DNA from: Longimicrobiales bacterium
GTDB lineage: Bacteria; Gemmatimonadota; Gemmatimonadetes; Longimicrobiales; Gaopeijiaceae
Assembly: GCA_965202985.1 (NCBI GenBank)
Contig: CBDBCF010000002.1
Coordinates: 672,001-736,000, forward strand
DNA: 64,000 bases
Reading direction: 5' to 3'
Shown: piece after piece, positions 10,280-23,000 of the stretch
Numbering within the stretch: the stretch's first letter is position 1
How the letters are laid out: each line of letters opens with the position of its first letter
Position numbers and translations under genes: made by a program
The notes under the pieces: model-generated
What the model was told of the DNA's origin: nothing
Databases searched by the model: none
The model's input: the letters and a program-made list of their open reading frames with translations, nothing else

Positions 10280-11172
10280 CTTCGTCGCTCGCTCGGGCTT
10301 GGACCGCGCTTGTTGCCCGCGCCGGCCTGCGGCCCGTCGGGCGCACCGCCCCGCTCCTTGGCGTCCTGCACCAGCTGGTAGGCGCGGCTCCGCGACACGC
10401 CCGTGCCCTCGGCCACGGCCCTGGCGGCCGCCGGCGGCCCCATCCCCTGCTCCACGAGGCTTCGCGCCAAGGATCGCGCCCGCGCCGGATCCGCGCTCTC
10501 GGCCCCGCCCTCGACGACCACCGTCACCTCGCCCCGGGCCGGCGTCTCCTGGAAGCGCCGCGCCGCCTCGGCCACCGTACCGCGAAAGACCTCCTCGTGA
10601 ACCTTGGTCAGCTCGCGGCAGACGGCGAGCCGCCGGTCCGAGCCCGCGCGCATCGCCAACTCTTCCAACGTGCGCAGCAGCCGCTCGGGAGACTCGAAGA
10701 GCACGACGGTCTCGGTCGCGTGCGCGATGCGGTCCAGCAGCCGGTCTCGCTTCCCCGCAGTCCGCGGCGGGAACCCCACGAACGTGAACGGGACGCACGG
10801 CAAGCCGGAGACCACCAACGCCGCCAGCACCGCCGACGCCCCCGGCACCGGAACCACCGAATGGCCGTCCTCGAGCGCCGACCTCACCAGCCGATCCCCC
10901 GGATCGGACAGCAGCGGCGTGCCCGCGTCGGAGACCAGCGCCACGTCTTCTCCCTGCGACAGCCAGCGACGGGCCAGCACGACCCTGGACGCCTCGTTGC
11001 GCGCGTGAAGGGAGACCGGGCGCGCCTGGGCCCCGGCGCGACGCAACAGCACGCGGGCGCGCCGGGTGTCCTCCGCCAGCACGCGACGGCTCTGCCGCAG
11101 GACTTCCTCGGCCCGCGCCGTCAGGTCCGACAAGTTGCCGATGGGCGTCGCCACGACGAAGAGTCTTCCCAC
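10276..11172 (-). CDS. rsmI: 16S rRNA C1402 2'-O-methyltransferase
   Basis: LFVVATPIGNLSD, AEDTR, ALVSDAGTPLLSDPG, CRELTKVHEE. Confidence 0.95.
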   Translation of the reverse strand: MGRLFVVATPIGNLSDLTARAEEVLRQSRRVLAEDTRRARVLLRRAGAQARPVSLHARNEASRVVLARRWLSQGEDVALVSDAGTPLLSDPGDRLVRSALEDGHSVVPVPGASAVLAALVVSGLPCVPFTFVGFPPRTAGKRDRLLDRIAHATETVVLFESPERLLRTLEELAMRAGSDRRLAVCRELTKVHEEVFRGTVAEAARRFQETPARGEVTVVVEGGAESADPARARSLARSLVEQGMGPPAAARAVAEGTGVSRSRAYQLVQDAKERGGAPDGPQAGAGNKRGPSPSERRR

Positions 11173-11198
11173 GGCCCCCGGTCAGGTTCGCGGACCCG

Positions 11199-11531
11199 TC
11201 AGAGGTGCTGTTCGATCTTCTGCTGCAACTGCGCCTTGGGCACCGCCCCGACAACCGTGTCCACGTGCTTCCCCCCCTTGAAGAAGAGGATGCTCGGGAT
11301 CGAGCGAACCCCGAAGCGGATCGACGTGGCTTGGTTCTCGTCCACGTCCAGCTTGCCGACGCGCACGCGACCCGAGAACTCGTCCGCGAGTTCGCCGACC
11401 ACCGGGGCGACCATGCGGCACGGACCGCACCACTCGGCCCAGAAGTCGACCATTGCAAGTCCGTCGTGTCCCTCGATCTCGGTTGGGAAGGTGTCGTCCG
11501 TGACCGTGACGACGTTGCTGTTCTCCGTCAT
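11199..11531 (-). CDS. trxA: Thioredoxin
   Basis: VDFWAEWCGPC active site; 110 aa. Confidence 0.97.
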   Translation of the reverse strand: MTENSNVVTVTDDTFPTEIEGHDGLAMVDFWAEWCGPCRMVAPVVGELADEFSGRVRVGKLDVDENQATSIRFGVRSIPSILFFKGGKHVDTVVGAVPKAQLQQKIEQHL

Positions 11532-11656
11532 CCGTGCGTTCTCCGTAGCTGGCGCGCCGGCTTGGCCGGGCCGTCTGCAAGGCGCTTGGGCGCGTCGCGA
11601 GTCTCAAGTAAACTCAAGGTAACGTCTTCCCCGTCCCCCCGAACCGGAAAGAGCAA

Positions 11657-12094
11657 GTGACCTTGCCCGCCCCCGCCGGGCTTCGCCGACCAGGATTCGC
11701 GCTGGACCACGTGGCCTTCGCCGCGCGCTCGTTCGCCGAGATCGTCCCGACCCTCGAGCGCGCCTCCGGCACCGGCGCGTCGGCCCCGGTGCGGGTGGAG
11801 TCCCAGGGGGTCGAGGCGTGCTTCGTCGGCCAAGTGGAAGTGATCGTGCCCCTGGCGGGCGACGCGGGCGACAACAACGTGAGCCGGTTCCTCGAACGAC
11901 GGGGACCCGGCCTCCACCACGTGGCGTACCGCGTCGAGAACGTGGCCCGAGCCATGGAGGAGCTTGCGGCAGAGGGCTACGAGTTCACCTCGCAAGAGCC
12001 CTCGACGGGCGCGGGCGGCCACCGCGTGGCGTTCCTGCACCCGCGATCCACGGGCGGCTTGCTGATCGAGATCGTGGAGAAGGCGTCGCGCTAG
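11657..12094 (+). CDS. VOC-family protein, methylmalonyl-CoA epimerase-like
   Basis: LDHVAFA, FLERRGPGLHHVAYRV, AFLHPRSTGGLLIEIVE. Confidence 0.85.
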   Translation: MTLPAPAGLRRPGFALDHVAFAARSFAEIVPTLERASGTGASAPVRVESQGVEACFVGQVEVIVPLAGDAGDNNVSRFLERRGPGLHHVAYRVENVARAMEELAAEGYEFTSQEPSTGAGGHRVAFLHPRSTGGLLIEIVEKASR

Positions 12095-12149
12095 CCCATG
12101 AGCCGGTCCAGCGCCACCCGCGCAGCTGCCGAACGGACCCTTCGGCGGT

Positions 12150-14768
<2,619 letters not shown>

Positions 14769-14803
14769 CGCTTCTTCTCCTGTTTTTCGCCTTCCCCTCC
14801 GGT

Positions 14804-14901
14804 CTGCCATTTTGGCAGGACGAGGGCGCCCCGAGCGCCATTTTCCTGCCATTTTGGCAGGTTGCGACGCGACTTGACCGGCCGTTCTGCCATTTTGGCA
14901 G
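14804..14901. repeat. Three identical 15-bp palindromes CTGCCATTTTGGCAG (14804-14818, 14846-14860, 14887-14901)
   Basis: Read directly. Start-to-start spacing 42 and 41 bp; extra partial copy GCCATTTT at 14837-14844. Lies upstream of clpB. Confidence 0.9.
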
Positions 14902-14940
14902 TCCTTCGCGACCGGCCCGGCGCAACACGCGGCCTATCCA

Positions 14941-14956
14941 TGAAAGATTCGTGCCA
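14941..14956 (-). promoter_or_regulatory. Putative sigma54 (-24/-12) promoter for clpB
   Basis: Minus strand TGGCACG-AATC-TTTCA versus consensus TGGCACG-N4-TTGCW. Confidence 0.55.
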
Positions 14957-15059
14957 CGGCTTGGCGTCGGCCCCCGGCGGGCCTAGCCTTGTCCCGCTTC
15001 CGGGCCGGGGGCCATTATTGGCGGCCTACTTCCCTCCCAGAAGGACGCGCCGTTCCAAG

Positions 15060-17087
15060 ATGGCTGCCACCGACTCCCCCTCCCCGGATCGCAAGGGTCT
15101 GCCGCCCGAGGCGTACGAACCCGTTCCCGGCGAACAGTACCGACCCTACGTCGCGCCCGAGACCTCGCTTCCCGAGCTTACGCTGCGGGCAGTGGGAATC
15201 GGCCTGATCCTGGCCGTGGTCTTCGGCGCCGCGAACGCCTACCTGGGGCTCCGGGTCGGGCTCACGGTGAGCGCGTCGATCCCGGCGGCGGTCATGGCCG
15301 TGGCGATCTTCCGGGCGATCCGGCGCGGGTCGATCCTGGAGACCAACATGGTCCAGACGATCGGCTCGGCGGGCGAGTCGGTGGCGGCGGGGGTCATCTT
15401 CACCTTGCCCGCCCTGTACATCTGGCAGCGCACCGACCCCTCGATCGTCGTGGACCTGGTGGAGATCTCGGTGATCGCGGCGTTCGGGGGCATCCTGGGC
15501 GTCCTGTTCATGATCCCGCTCCGGCGCTACCTGATCTCGCGCGAGCACGGCAAGCTGCCCTACCCCGAGGGCACGGCCTGCGCCGAGGTGCAGGTGGCCG
15601 GCGAGGTCGGCGGCAGCAAGGCGCGGCTTCTGTTCTCGGGGCTGGGCGTGGGCGCGCTGTACCAAGCGCTGGCGAACAGCCGGGGACTGGCGCTGTGGAA
15701 CGAGTCGCCCAGCGTGCCGCTGCCCCGGAAGGCGGAGATCGGCGGCGACTTCACGCCCGAGCTGCTGGGCGTCGGCTTCATCATCGGGCCGCGCATCGCC
15801 GCCATCATGTTCGGCGGAAGCGCCCTGGCATGGCTGATCCTGATCCCGCTGATCGACCTCTGGGGCGGCGACGCCGTCGTCTACCCGGCCACCGCGCCCA
15901 TGGCCTCGCTGGGGTCGAGCGAGATCTGGAACCACTACATCCGGTACGTGGGCGCCGGCGCGGTGGGCTTCGCCGGCATCGCGACGCTGCTCAAGTCGCT
16001 GCCCGTGATCGCGGAGTCGTTCAAGCTGGGGCTGTCCCACGCCGGGAGCGGGCCAGGCGCCGACGCCGCGCGGCGCACCGACCGGGACTTGCCCCTGAAG
16101 CTGGTCCTGGGGCTGGCCGGCCTCATGGCGGTCGCGCTGTGGCTGTGGCCGGGCGTGCCCGTGGGTCCGCTGGGCGCCGTGCTCATCGTCGTGTTCTCGT
16201 TCTTCTTCGTGACGGTGTCCAGCCGCATCGTGGGCCTGATCGGGTCGTCGTCGAACCCGGTGTCCGGGATGACGATCGCCGCGCTCATCCTGACCTCGCT
16301 GATCTGGGTGGCCCTGGGACTGGCCGACGGAGGGGCCGGCGCCAAGGTGGCGGTGCTGGCCGTGGGCGCCGTGGTGTGCATCTCCGCCGCCGTGGCCGGC
16401 GACACCTCGCAGGACCTGAAGACGGGCTTCCTGGTGGGCGCCACGCCGCGCCGGATGCAGATCGGCGAGATGACGGGCGTGCTGGCCAGCGCGGCGGTCA
16501 TGGGCCTGGTGCTGATGGTCCTGAACGAGTCCTACGGGCTGGGCACGGCCGACGGACTGCCCGCCCCCCAAGCCACGCTGATGAGCCTGGTCGTCGACGG
16601 CGTGCTGAACGCTTCCCTGCCCTGGGGGTTCGTGCTGCTGGGCGTCGCCATCGCCGCGGCGGCCGAGTTCGTGTTCAAGCTGCCGTCGCTGGCCTTCGCG
16701 GTCGGCGTCTACCTGCCCGTCTCGCTCATGACGCCGATCTTCGTGGGCGGGCTCATGCGCGGGCACTTGGCGCGGAAGTTCGGCGGTGCGGACGCAGGCG
16801 GCGCCGCGAACGCCGACCTGGCCGAGAAGCGGGAGCGGGGCGTGCTGTTCGCGTCGGGGCTGATCGCCGGGGCGGCGCTGGTCGGCGTCCTGATCGGCGG
16901 CGCGATCTACGCGGTGACGCGCATCACCGGCAACCCGGACGCGGCGTCGGCTTGGATCGTGGGGCACGGCTGGATGGACGGCATCTGGGCGCAGCTGGCG
17001 TCGGTAGCCGGCGGACTGGTCTTCGCCGGCCTGTGCTGGCTGCTGTGGCGCGCCGCCGTCCGCGAGCCCGACCAAGACGCCGCATGA
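15060..17087 (+). CDS. OPT-family oligopeptide transporter
   Basis: ELTLRA, ANAYLGLRVGLTVSASIPAAV, LPYPEGTACAEV, SSNPVSGMTI, QDLKTGFLVGATP, APQATLM. Confidence 0.93.
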   Translation: MAATDSPSPDRKGLPPEAYEPVPGEQYRPYVAPETSLPELTLRAVGIGLILAVVFGAANAYLGLRVGLTVSASIPAAVMAVAIFRAIRRGSILETNMVQTIGSAGESVAAGVIFTLPALYIWQRTDPSIVVDLVEISVIAAFGGILGVLFMIPLRRYLISREHGKLPYPEGTACAEVQVAGEVGGSKARLLFSGLGVGALYQALANSRGLALWNESPSVPLPRKAEIGGDFTPELLGVGFIIGPRIAAIMFGGSALAWLILIPLIDLWGGDAVVYPATAPMASLGSSEIWNHYIRYVGAGAVGFAGIATLLKSLPVIAESFKLGLSHAGSGPGADAARRTDRDLPLKLVLGLAGLMAVALWLWPGVPVGPLGAVLIVVFSFFFVTVSSRIVGLIGSSSNPVSGMTIAALILTSLIWVALGLADGGAGAKVAVLAVGAVVCISAAVAGDTSQDLKTGFLVGATPRRMQIGEMTGVLASAAVMGLVLMVLNESYGLGTADGLPAPQATLMSLVVDGVLNASLPWGFVLLGVAIAAAAEFVFKLPSLAFAVGVYLPVSLMTPIFVGGLMRGHLARKFGGADAGGAANADLAEKRERGVLFASGLIAGAALVGVLIGGAIYAVTRITGNPDAASAWIVGHGWMDGIWAQLASVAGGLVFAGLCWLLWRAAVREPDQDAA

Positions 17088-17419
17088 GGCCCATGCCTGC
17101 GCGCCTGTCCGTGGTCGCGGCCTGCCTGTCGCTGGCAATCGCGTGCTCGCCGAGCGCCGACCCGACGCCCGTGCCCGAGGGCGTCATGAGCCGGGAGGCG
17201 TTCGTGGACGTGTACGTGGCGCTGCGCCGGGCCGGCCTGCAGTCCGGTCGGATGGTCGCGGCACCGTCGGAGCGGGAGCGCATCCTGACCGAGCACGCGA
17301 CCTCGGAAGAAGCGCTGCTGGAGTTCGCCGAAGTCCACGGGGCCGATGCGGCGTTCATGAAGGAGGTGTGGGACCAGGTCCAGCAACGCCTCCAACAGCA
17401 CGACGCCGAGACGCCCTGA
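17084..17419 (+). CDS. Small lipoprotein, DUF4296-like
   Basis: ATGA overlap with OPT stop; lipobox LAIAC; helical REAFVDVYVAL...RILTEH...VWDQV. Confidence 0.6.
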   Translation: MRPMPARLSVVAACLSLAIACSPSADPTPVPEGVMSREAFVDVYVALRRAGLQSGRMVAAPSERERILTEHATSEEALLEFAEVHGADAAFMKEVWDQVQQRLQQHDAETP

Positions 17420-17491
17420 CCGGCCTGGGCCGGCGCCGCCTCCGGCCGAAGCGCCGTTATATTTTCCAGGGGCGTCGCGTTGCGTCGAAGA

Positions 17492-17562
17492 TGGCCCGTC
17501 GTCTAATGGCAAGACACCGGTCTTTGGAACCGGTGATGGTGGTTCGACTCCACCCGGGCCAA
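17492..17562 (+). tRNA. tRNA-Gln (anticodon TTG)
   Basis: Cloverleaf: acceptor TGGCCCG/CGGGCCA, D arm GTCT/AGAC, anticodon arm CCGGT-CTTTGGA-ACCGG, T arm GGTGG-TTCGACT-CCACC; CCA not encoded. Confidence 0.96.
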
Positions 17563-17733
17563 CTCTCCGCCCCGCAACCCGTGGATAAACGGGCTTGGCG
17601 CGTGCGCGACAGAACATTGGCGGGACACGGGCGGCTTGGAGCGGCCCAAAGATGCACCGAAGCGGCTCATAGCAGACCATGGGGCGGTCGTCTGCACCGT
17701 CACACCCACCACGGGTTACCAGGTCTTACTTGC

Positions 17734-18050
17734 CTACAAGTCTCTGCTCCACTCAAGTTTTTCAATATCTCGTCGGCCCCGTTCGATTATCAGTACCTGC
17801 GGCGTCGCGGCGGGTCCCGGGATATCGCCGTATACGTTCGACCAGGGGCATGACCAAGCGCCCAAGTAGACCAAGACCAGCTCCTCGCCTCCCGTAGAAG
17901 ACGCTGACGGGGAAACGAGCCGGGGTCAATCCAGGAGGCCTGCCACGTGACTGATATCTTGGGCACAGGAAATACACCCTTTATGCCAAGAATAATGCCC
18001 ACTGCCGCTCCCAAGACCACCGTTCCGAGATAGGGGCGCTTAATAGTCAT
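17734..18050 (-). pseudogene. Frameshifted, probably internally deleted membrane-anchored thioredoxin-fold-like gene
   Basis: N-terminal TM (ORF 17790..18050). A 1-nt frame change near 17889 gives GEELVLVYLGAWSCPWSN-VYGDIPGPAATPQVLIIER...stop 17734 (beta-strand + CxxS and TP motifs). Confidence 0.5.
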
Positions 18051-19270
18051 TCTTGCGTAGATGCACGCATAACAAAGACTTCAATCTGAGGGTAGGGGTC
18101 GGCGGTGACAACGACATAGCGGTTTTCGTTGATTGCCATGACCTGCCCAAGATCGGTCGACACCTTCGCTCCCCTCCCGGTCGGCAGATCAAGCAAATAG
18201 GTATCTATTGTGGATTTGGGCCTCGTATCCTCCGGTGCCATTGCTCCAAAACGCTCAACTTGCAGCAACAGATGGGAATCTAGATATGGCAGTATCCTCA
18301 CGATCACGTCCCAATCTGCCGTCGACATCTGGGTCAATCTGGTTTCAGTACCCTGCATCACCATCTGTCGGTGGTCCAATAAGCGAGCAGTCCAAACGAC
18401 AGAGCCGTCCACAACACTCATGAGGCGGAGAAAATTAAGAGGCGGAAATGCATGCACTATGAATTCGGCATCTCCGTGGTCCACACAGGCAACCGGACCA
18501 CGGTTCGCAATCACATAGCGTATCAAGGGCGACGGATCCTGATAGCCCAAGCCAAAGCTCCTGGTTTGCTCCCCGGCCCCAATCGGGATTTCATGCAGCA
18601 ACACGTTTCGAGTCGACCTTGTATCGGCACCTGCCACAATCGTACGACCCGACTTCGTGACACAGGCCATGCCGCCAGCAAGCGGCAACGGCCTAGTTTC
18701 GCGATAACTCCAGCCTGACACGGTGCGACCAAAGACCTTGAGGTGCCGCCCAGTGCCAACGACCAGAATATCTCCAGAGGGTTCCATCTCAATCGCATAC
18801 GCGCCCCGCAACTCTTCGGGTCCGTCACCCAAGCGACCGAAGGCCTCTACGAACTCGCCTGACGGATCGAAGACACTGACCCTCTGGAAATGTCCATCTA
18901 GCAACAGGATTCTGTTCTGCCAATCAAGTACTACGTCCTCAATTCGACCGAAAACGTCCGGGCCGTCCCCCTCGAATTCTCCCAGGCGATACACCAAATC
19001 GGCATCGGCGAGGCTCCGGCGTGCAACGGTCCAAGCGACGAGCCTATCAGGAGTAAGGCCGACTGGCACCGAGTCGGGCACGATCGGAGAGGCAGTGGCC
19101 GGTGGCTGGTTCGGGTCGGTGGGGTGATCAATCACCGCTGGAGCGCGGTCGCATCCACCCAGGCTTGCCGCAACCAAGCAAGGCAAAACCCATCGACCGC
19201 GCACTCGTTGCCAACACGGCGCACCCCGCACGCATCGGGTCGTACGCGGGGTGCGCCGTCTCGGTCTCAT
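18047..19270 (-). CDS. 6-bladed beta-propeller lipoprotein
   Basis: Lipobox SLGGC; DVFGRIEDV, FGRLGDGPEEL, C-terminal DPYPQIEVF; visibly lower GC than the backbone. Confidence 0.8.
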   Translation of the reverse strand: MRPRRRTPRTTRCVRGAPCWQRVRGRWVLPCLVAASLGGCDRAPAVIDHPTDPNQPPATASPIVPDSVPVGLTPDRLVAWTVARRSLADADLVYRLGEFEGDGPDVFGRIEDVVLDWQNRILLLDGHFQRVSVFDPSGEFVEAFGRLGDGPEELRGAYAIEMEPSGDILVVGTGRHLKVFGRTVSGWSYRETRPLPLAGGMACVTKSGRTIVAGADTRSTRNVLLHEIPIGAGEQTRSFGLGYQDPSPLIRYVIANRGPVACVDHGDAEFIVHAFPPLNFLRLMSVVDGSVVWTARLLDHRQMVMQGTETRLTQMSTADWDVIVRILPYLDSHLLLQVERFGAMAPEDTRPKSTIDTYLLDLPTGRGAKVSTDLGQVMAINENRYVVVTADPYPQIEVFVMRASTQE

Positions 19271-19383
19271 GTTCTGCCCCCGGTGCTGCCCTGGGCTGTG
19301 GCTGAGAGGTCGCTTACCGTCGCGACGATGGTCCCGCCGACGAGGAGCCCGACGACGATACAGGCCACCTCAGCATCGTGCAT
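19267..19383 (-). CDS. 38-aa signal-peptide-like small ORF (MHDAEVACIVVGLLVGGTIVATVSDLSATAQGSTGGRT)
   Basis: AGGAGA RBS; hydrophobic core; ATGA overlap with the propeller start. Below the ORF-track length cut-off. Confidence 0.5.
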   Translation of the reverse strand: MHDAEVACIVVGLLVGGTIVATVSDLSATAQGSTGGRT

Positions 19384-19455
19384 GTCTCCTGATCTGGAAC
19401 TTGGCGGTTGTGGCGGAGTGGAGCCGGGTCAGGCAACTCCACCAAGATGACCGTA

Positions 19456-19484
19456 ATCATACAACCAGGAGGAAGCGAATGCAA
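19456..19484 (-). promoter_or_regulatory. Sigma70-like promoter TTGCAT-N17-TATGAT
   Basis: Near-consensus -35/-10 with 17-bp spacer, about 70 bp upstream of the small ORF. Confidence 0.6.
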
Positions 19485-19666
19485 GCTCCTTGTTGAGACG
19501 GTTGCCAGACCACGAGAGACAGAAGTTCCGTAAGTGTATAACGCTCATTGTATTTACGGCCACACAGCAATCTGGAACACCGAGGACTGGGCTCCTCGGA
19601 CTCTCGCCGACTGTGCCCCGAAGCCCCTCGAACCTGGGCAGGTGCAGGCACCCGTTGTCCTCGAGC

Positions 19667-20026
19667 CTACCGCCGCAGCCACGACCGGTGGAGGGGGCGT
19701 TCGATCGTCAGGAAGACGGTTTCGCCGGGGCTGACGGAGACTTGGTTGGTGGTGAAGCTGTCGCCGGCCAGGATGTCGATTCGGATGCGCAGGTCGTTGA
19801 CGCCGGGCCAGGGAAGGTCGAACGACTTTCGGCCGTTGCCGGAAACAACCCCCAGTCGGCGCTCGGTGCGGTACAGCGCCCGAAGCGTGGCCTCGTTGAA
19901 GTTGTTGTTGATCACGCTGACGCGAACGCTCTCGGCCCCCGAGCCCCGGCTCTCGAAAGGGTTGGACGGCTGGGCGGTCCCGGCGCAGGCGGACGCAACC
20001 CACGCCGCCAGCAGCGTCGCCGCCAA
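19667..20026 (-). CDS. Small hypothetical lipoprotein
   Basis: 3' part of ORF 19667..23968: lipobox VASAC, then beta-rich VRVSVINNNFNEATL...RRLGVVSG. Start uncertain (TTG 20026). Confidence 0.6.
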   Translation of the reverse strand: MAATLLAAWVASACAGTAQPSNPFESRGSGAESVRVSVINNNFNEATLRALYRTERRLGVVSGNGRKSFDLPWPGVNDLRIRIDILAGDSFTTNQVSVSPGETVFLTIERPLHRSWLRR

Positions 20027-20088
20027 GCTCGCGGGTCCGCGCCCGACCGACCGGAGTCGGCAACCGCCGCGCGGCCGCCGGAACGCCT

Positions 20089-23000
20089 TCAGCTGACCAG
20101 CCGCCGGTCCTCGATGGGCTCCAGGCCCTCGCGGATCAGCAGTTCGTTGAGCCGGCCCAGGTCGCGCCGGATCACGATCCCCATTTGGGATATCTGCTCG
20201 TCCAGCAGAGCCGACAGGTGGCGGAAGACTTCGCGGGACTGGTCGGTGGGCCGGCTCTCGGAGCTTTCGACCACGCCCAGGAGCGCGGCCAGCTTGTTGT
20301 TGAGCTTGATGGGGTAGTTCAGCGGGTCCTGGTTGCTCTGGTTCCGGACTTGGTAGATCTCGGCCTCGACCACGTTCAGGTTCTCTTCGACCACATCGGC
20401 CTGCGTCGCCACGTCCTCGGCTTCGGTGTTCTCCAAGCGGTCGGCGATCTCGCCTTCGATCTCGCGCACCTTGATCACGGCCTCGTTGGCCTCGGACACG
20501 CGATCCCGTATCTGGATCGCCAGGTCGAAGCGCGCCTGCAGGTCGGCCACGGTCACGCCTCCCAAGTTCGGGTTGATCTCGATCTCGAAGTCGCGGACCT
20601 GGGGCGGGCCGTCGTTCACGGTCATCCGGACCGAGTACGAACCGGGGACCGCCATCGGCCCCATGGGTCGCGCCGCCCACATGATTCGGCCTTCGAAATC
20701 GGTCCACTCGGGGTAGCGCAGGTCCCAGCGGAAAGCGTGCGCGCCCGCCTTCACCGGCGGCGTGCGGTTCCCGCCCCCGCCGAAGAACCGCGCGAACGGG
20801 CTGTCGTCCTCCTCTTCGTCCTCGTCCTCGCTGGGCACGCCTTCCCACGAGCGCACCGTCTCCCCCGCCCCGTCCAGCACCTCGATCGCCACGCGCTCGG
20901 CGTCTTCGGCCAGGTAGTACTGGAAGCGCGCGCCGCCCAGGCCGCGAACAGGATCGGCGGGATCGAACAGCCACCACTCCGCCGCCGCCACCTCTTCCGT
21001 GGCCTGCCGCAGCGGCCCGATGTCCTCCAGCACCCAGAACGACCGCCCGTGCGTGGCGATCACCAGGTCGTGCTCCTCGACCACCAAGTCCGACACCTGC
21101 ACCACGGGCAAGTTCAGGGACAGGGGCTGCCAGCGCCCGCCGTCGTCGAACGACACGTACACGGTGCGTTCCGACGCCGCGTACAGCAGCCCGGGCCGTA
21201 CCGGATCCTCGCGCGTCGCGCGCACGAAGTCGTCCGCGGGGAGGCCGTCCACGATCTTGGTCCAGCTGGCGCCGTAGTCGTCGGTCTTCCACACGTACGG
21301 CGCCCGGTCGTCGTCCACCAAGTAGCGGATCCCCGACACGTAGGCCTTGCCCCGCGTGGTGGGCGACGCCTCGACGGTGTTGATGCGCACGAACTCGGGC
21401 GCGTCCGGCGGCGTCACGTCGGTCCAGTTCAGGCCGCCGTCGCGCGTGACGTGGACCAGCCCGTCGTCGGAGCCGGCCCAGATCGTCCGGGGGTCGTGGT
21501 ACGACGGCGCGACGGCGAAGACGGTGGCGTACGTCTCCACTCCCGTCTGGTCCTTCGTGATCGGGCCGCCGGACGGGCCCATCGTCATGGGGTCGGCGCG
21601 GGTCAAGTCGGGGCTGATCTGCTCCCACGACTGTCCCTCGTTGGTGGTCTTCCAGACCTTCTGCGTGGCCGTGTAGAGCACGTTGGGGTCGTGGTGCGAA
21701 AAGACGATGGGGAACGTCCACTGGACCCGTTCGATCAGGTCTTCCGAGGACTGCCCCATAGGGTTCTCGGGCCAGACGTTGACGGCGCGAGTGGCCCCCG
21801 TGGCCATGTCGAAGCGCGACAGCGCGCCGCCGTAGCATCCCGCGTAGAACACGTCCAGGTTGATCGGGTTGGGCGCCACGTAGCCGCTCTCGCAGCCGCC
21901 CACGGCGTAGTACCACGAGCGGTTGCCCGGCCCGCGGGCGGCCATCTGGTTCCAGCCCCGCACGGGGATGCACGCCGTGGAGTTGTCCTGCTGGCCGCCG
22001 CAGATGTGGTACGGCGTGTGCTCGGTGGTGATCACGCGGTAGAACTGGGCGGTCGAGTAGTCCTGGTCGGTCCAGCTTCGGCCGCCGTTGAAGGTGACGT
22101 TGGCGCCCCCGTCGTTGCCGTTGACCATGCGGTCCGAATCGTCGGGCGCGATCCACAGGTCGTGGTTGTCGCCGTGCGGCACGCGAATCCCGCGCGGGAA
22201 CGTCTCGCCGCCGTCCCGGGAGCGGTACAGGCCCGTGTTCAGCGCGTACATGACGTCTTCGTCGTTGGGATCGGCGTAGACGCGCGTGTAGTAGAAGGCG
22301 CGCTGCCGCAGCTTGCGTTCGTCGTTGACGCGCTCCCAGGTGGCGCCGCCGTCGTCCGAGCGCCAGACGCCGCCGTCGGGTTCGTGCTCGATCAGCGCCC
22401 ACACCCGCTCCGGGTTCGCCGGCGACACCGCCACGCCGATCTTGCCCACCGGCCCTTCGCCCAGCCCCACGTTCTCGGTGATCTCGGTCCAGCTCTCGCC
22501 GCCGTCGGTGGACTTGAAGAGTCCGCTGTCCTCGCCTCCCGACGACATGCCCCACGAGCGCCGCCACGCCTCCCAGATCGACGCGTACAGCACGTCGGGG
22601 TTGGTGGCGTCCACGCTGACGTCTGCCGCCCCGGCCTTGTCGCTCCGGTACAGGACCTTGCGCCACGTCTGGCCGCCGTCGGTGGTCTTGAAGACGCCCC
22701 GCTCCGGGTTCGGCGCCGAGTGCTTGCCGAAGGCGGCGGCCCAGGCCACGTCGCAGTCCTCGGGGTGAATGCGGATGCGCGCGATGTTCTGCGTCTCGCG
22801 AAGGCCGACGTGCTCCCAAGTCTCGCCGCCGTCGGTGGACTTGTAGGCCCCGTCTCCCTGCTGGATGTTGCCGCGCAGCTGCGTCTCCCCGGTGCCCATG
22901 TACACCACGTCGGGGTCGACCTCGCACACCTGCACGGCCCCGATCGACGCGCTTCCGATCTGCCCGTCGGTCACGGGCTCCCAGTTCTGGCCGGCGTCGG

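Noticed and set aside
11598..11620. HAIR (HspR) operator between trxA and the epimerase gene
   Set aside because: Only CTCAAG direct repeats 10 bp apart; the inverted CTTGAGT half-site is missing.
14804..14901. Mini CRISPR array
   Set aside because: Repeats are only 15 bp, there are three copies, no cas genes are present, and they lie in the clpB upstream region.
17563..19670. Intact integrative element at tRNA-Gln
   Set aside because: No integrase and no duplicated tRNA 3' end (attR) found by eye.
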